Positions 37,787 through 40,220 of a stretch of DNA of 40,220 nucleotides are shown piece after piece (positions within the stretch are counted from its first letter, which is position 1; each line of letters opens with the position of its first letter). The notes beneath the pieces are model-generated. The model ran no database searches. It was not told the origin of the DNA and was given only the letters and a program-made list of their open reading frames with translations. The translations under genes and the position numbers were made by a program. This DNA comes from an uncultured Actinomyces sp. GTDB lineage: Bacteria > Actinomycetota > Actinomycetes > Actinomycetales > Actinomycetaceae. The DNA lies in the NCBI GenBank assembly GCA_963551745.1, contig CAUVIG010000001.1:1-40220 (forward strand), written 5' to 3'.

Positions 37787-38016
37787 CTGGGTTTAGGCTG
37801 GTGTTGTTGACACTTCGTGAAGCGGGTGCGTGTGCCTGCAGCCAGTGAGGTGCCTGCGTGAAGTCCAAACCATCAGCAGAGCCCGGACATACTCCCGATG
37901 CCGAGCCTGACACGCCTCATGACGGGAGGGGTACTCAACCCCCTGAAAAACACGACCAACACCAGCCACAACGAACTCCTTCACCAAGATCCGTTGCAAC
38001 CACCACTAGAACCTAG
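37787..38016 (+). mobile_element. Putative internally deleted IS remnant (IS30-like ends)
   Basis: Right end CCGTTGCAACCACCACTAGAACCTAG and a degenerate left end CTGGGTTTAGG...GTTGACAC; GYSTP and LQPPLE fragments resemble a transposase C-terminus. Confidence 0.4.
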
Positions 38017-38072
38017 AGAGACTCCATGTAGGACGATGGATATTAGCCTTGTCAGCACCTATACCCACTGAT

Positions 38073-38360
38073 TTAGGAAATGCTTAGTGCTTTTTTGATT
38101 GCTAGAAGGAATGGCTCGTCTTCAACTTTAATTTCCGGGTCGAGCTCTTCGTACGGGCGGATAGCTTCGTGCCCCGGGTCTTGTTGTATCATCCAGGCCG
38201 ACCATGCATCATGCACGTCGGAGGCGGTAACGTCGAGACCTTTGACTCTCATCAACACCGCATACATGATGAATAGCGAGTCGGAGTTTTCCGGTACAGA
38301 AGTTCCGGCTGAGAGTGCCTGCTTGATACGCTCGGCGTCTTGCTGAAGGTAGTTATTCAT
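38073..38360 (-). CDS. Small helical protein with a RyR (ryanodine-receptor repeat)-like motif (DUF7701-like)
   Basis: VHDAWSAW...H..IRPYEELDPEIK.ED parallels the RyR H..W...H..LVPY..L...EK..D motif; ATGA-coupled to the upstream gene. Confidence 0.65.
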   Translation of the reverse strand: MNNYLQQDAERIKQALSAGTSVPENSDSLFIMYAVLMRVKGLDVTASDVHDAWSAWMIQQDPGHEAIRPYEELDPEIKVEDEPFLLAIKKALSIS

Positions 38361-38830
38361 TGGAAGATGACTCCTGCTAGGAGGATCAGGTAGAGCCCGC
38401 CGAAGATGATGGGGATGATTCGCTCTATATTTCCTAGTTGCTGGAAGCCCACTAGTACTTTTGATCGCGTATCTTCTGTTGGATCATTTTGGCCAAGCTG
38501 ATCCCACTCATCGGTGAACGGTTTGACGGGCAGATGCTCGGACTCGATTTTGTTGATGACCTTGAATTTTGCTTCGTTCAGTCGGCGATAGTTACGCAGG
38601 AGAAACCACCAGCACGCTGCTACCAAGATGCCTGCAACGCATACCGATATGGCCATGACGGGATTGGAGGCACGCGTCTTGTTGAGCCCGATGACGGCGA
38701 CCAGTGTCGTGTTCACGGTCAGGAAGAAGGCGTTCGCGGTTGCTCGCCGCGATGAGACTCTGTCTGCCATTTCGACCGCGATCTTGTAGACCTCGATGAC
38801 TCGTGGATCGGGCAGTTCAGGTTCGCTCAT
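38357..38830 (-). CDS. 3-TM membrane protein, candidate pore effector (RipA/8xMP- or PycTM-like)
   Basis: YK..VEMADRVS.RR..AN.FFLT.N, WW.LL..YR.LN.AKF.VI..IE..LP...F..EW; three hydrophobic helices; ATGA-coupled to the TIR gene. Confidence 0.75.
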   Translation of the reverse strand: MSEPELPDPRVIEVYKIAVEMADRVSSRRATANAFFLTVNTTLVAVIGLNKTRASNPVMAISVCVAGILVAACWWFLLRNYRRLNEAKFKVINKIESEHLPVKPFTDEWDQLGQNDPTEDTRSKVLVGFQQLGNIERIIPIIFGGLYLILLAGVIFQ

Positions 38831-39207
38831 CGGCGTCCTTGAATTAGGGATTTCAAGTTGTCCCACGTCCAGTCATAAATTTTGTCGTCCCGGGAAGCGG
38901 AGGTCGGTGATGTGCAACTCCGATCTCGATACGCTTTCAAGAGGAAGTAAGGGATGCCTTCTTCCTTGGCGATGCTGAGTTCAGCAGCAACGCCTGTCGC
39001 GGTGTGCGTGTGTTGCCCACAGAGAACGATAACCACGTCGGAGGCACGGATTTTCCTTCGTGCCTCAGATCGCCATGTTGATGAGGCGGCCTTGATTGAC
39101 CAGTCCGCGATTTCAAAGGGCGAATCCGAATTCCTCGCTTGACCAACCAGCAAGTCCTTCTGCCGCGCATCGTGGTCGTAGTCGAAGCTAATGAATGCTC
39201 GTTTCAT
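38827..39207 (-). CDS. Stand-alone TIR-domain protein (MTH538/DUF1863, ThsB-like)
   Basis: AFISFDYD.D, IR.SDVVIVLCG..T..A.GV..EL..A...GIP with the putative catalytic Glu76; strong RBS aaggaaagga. Confidence 0.88.
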   Translation of the reverse strand: MKRAFISFDYDHDARQKDLLVGQARNSDSPFEIADWSIKAASSTWRSEARRKIRASDVVIVLCGQHTHTATGVAAELSIAKEEGIPYFLLKAYRDRSCTSPTSASRDDKIYDWTWDNLKSLIQGRR

Positions 39208-39259
39208 GAGTTGTTCCTTTCCTTGGTTTCGAACGAGAGCACATGCTCAAGCTTCCCGC

Positions 39260-40220
39260 TCATGCGGCAATCACCTGTTTGATGAGGGTGACGATGTCGT
39301 CGTGTTTGAGTTGGGGCATGAACCGGACGCTAATGTCGTCCCTGCTAATGGACTCAAAGAACCTGCGAGCAGCTTCGATACGCAGTTGTTCTGTTCCACG
39401 GAGGTCCGCCTTATTGTCGACGTCCTTGGTTTCAACGATGAAGTTCAGGGAGAGCTTCCCGTCGCTGCCGTTGAGCACATACATGAAGTCGGGACTAGTT
39501 GTCCCTCCGAAGTACACAGGTACTCGGATGGAACGGCGGGGAATCTTGCCATAGACGACGACCTCATCGAGGACTGAGTCGCGGATTGTGGCCTGTTCTT
39601 TCGGCGAATCATAGATGAACGCGTCGTAGAGGAACTTTTCCGGCACGTTGGCTGAGGTGTCGCGGTGGATGCCAATGTTGCCTTGGACGATGTTCTTCAA
39701 AGGTATGCCGTCGCTATCCGTGAGCGCGGTGGCGCCGAGCGGACCGTCGATACGGGTGTATGAGAACCGACTCTTGAATTCCTGTTGCATCCAGGTTTGA
39801 AACTCGCTCACAAACCTGCCGAGAGTTGCTTTGTTGAAGAACCCGTTGGGCAGCTTCTGCTTTGCATTTCGTCGAGTCAGGCCCGCATGGATCTCCTTGA
39901 GCGGAAGGTAGGTCTGTAGGTAGGCCTGTTTAAGCCAATCCCCATAGGTCAGCCGAGCATCAATATCAAAGGTTGATTTGGTGGCTGTTTTGGTGATTAG
40001 GCTGCCGTCGTCTGCTTTGGTGATGGTCTCCTCAGTGAATCTCCCCACCTGTGGGACGTAGATGTCCTGGCCGAGAATGTAATCAATGCAGGATGCGATC
40101 TCATCTGCGCTGAGGTTGTCGAGGCGCAGGTAGTACTTTGCGTTGACGGCCTCCCAAAGTTGTTTGAGTTCGGCGTACCGTTTGGGGCGAATGCCAACCT
40201 TGGTTTTGCTGGCGTTGGTG
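39260..40220 (-). CDS. res: Type III restriction-modification restriction subunit (3' part; runs off the window)
   Basis: Frame is open to the window edge (...YAELKQLWEAVN...); YDSPKE, VYGKIP..SIRVP..GGT.SPDF...IVETK PD-(D/E)xK C-terminus typical of Res. Confidence 0.9.
   Translation of the reverse strand, partial: TNASKTKVGIRPKRYAELKQLWEAVNAKYYLRLDNLSADEIASCIDYILGQDIYVPQVGRFTEETITKADDGSLITKTATKSTFDIDARLTYGDWLKQAYLQTYLPLKEIHAGLTRRNAKQKLPNGFFNKATLGRFVSEFQTWMQQEFKSRFSYTRIDGPLGATALTDSDGIPLKNIVQGNIGIHRDTSANVPEKFLYDAFIYDSPKEQATIRDSVLDEVVVYGKIPRRSIRVPVYFGGTTSPDFMYVLNGSDGKLSLNFIVETKDVDNKADLRGTEQLRIEAARRFFESISRDDISVRFMPQLKHDDIVTLIKQVIAA

Noticed and set aside
38073..39207. Canonical Thoeris, CBASS or Pycsar call
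   Set aside because: No SIR2/Macro ThsA, CD-NTase or PycC cyclase in the cassette.

Overview
High-GC actinobacterial chromosome segment (Actinomycetaceae/Schaalia-like by gene style; inference). Left to right: (1) tail of an orphan polymorphic-toxin immunity array (three Imm61/TNT-antitoxin-like paralogues, one frameshifted; an ankyrin-repeat gene; a DUF2185/Imm33-like gene); (2) a TPP-riboswitch-led ECF transporter operon (ykoE, fused ykoD-ykoC) followed by a P-loop kinase, cardiolipin synthase and a methyltransferase; (3) CycA-like permease, DUF2218 with a DtxR/IdeR-like box, SRPBCC, a Cys/His-repeat DUF2249 protein and RidA; (4) a DUF4956-VTC-Cthe_2159 trio; (5) an intact IS256 with an 8-bp target duplication inside a ~2.7-kb repeat-rich non-coding tract; (6) an L-rhamnose utilisation regulon with four LacI-type operators; (7) a second sugar ABC operon with an atypical RpiB; (8) a lower-GC defence island edge: the 3' end of a type III restriction gene followed by a translationally coupled TIR / 3-TM / RyR-like three-gene cassette, the best candidate for an undescribed antiphage signalling system. 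Family assignments come from motif recognition by eye; no searches were run.
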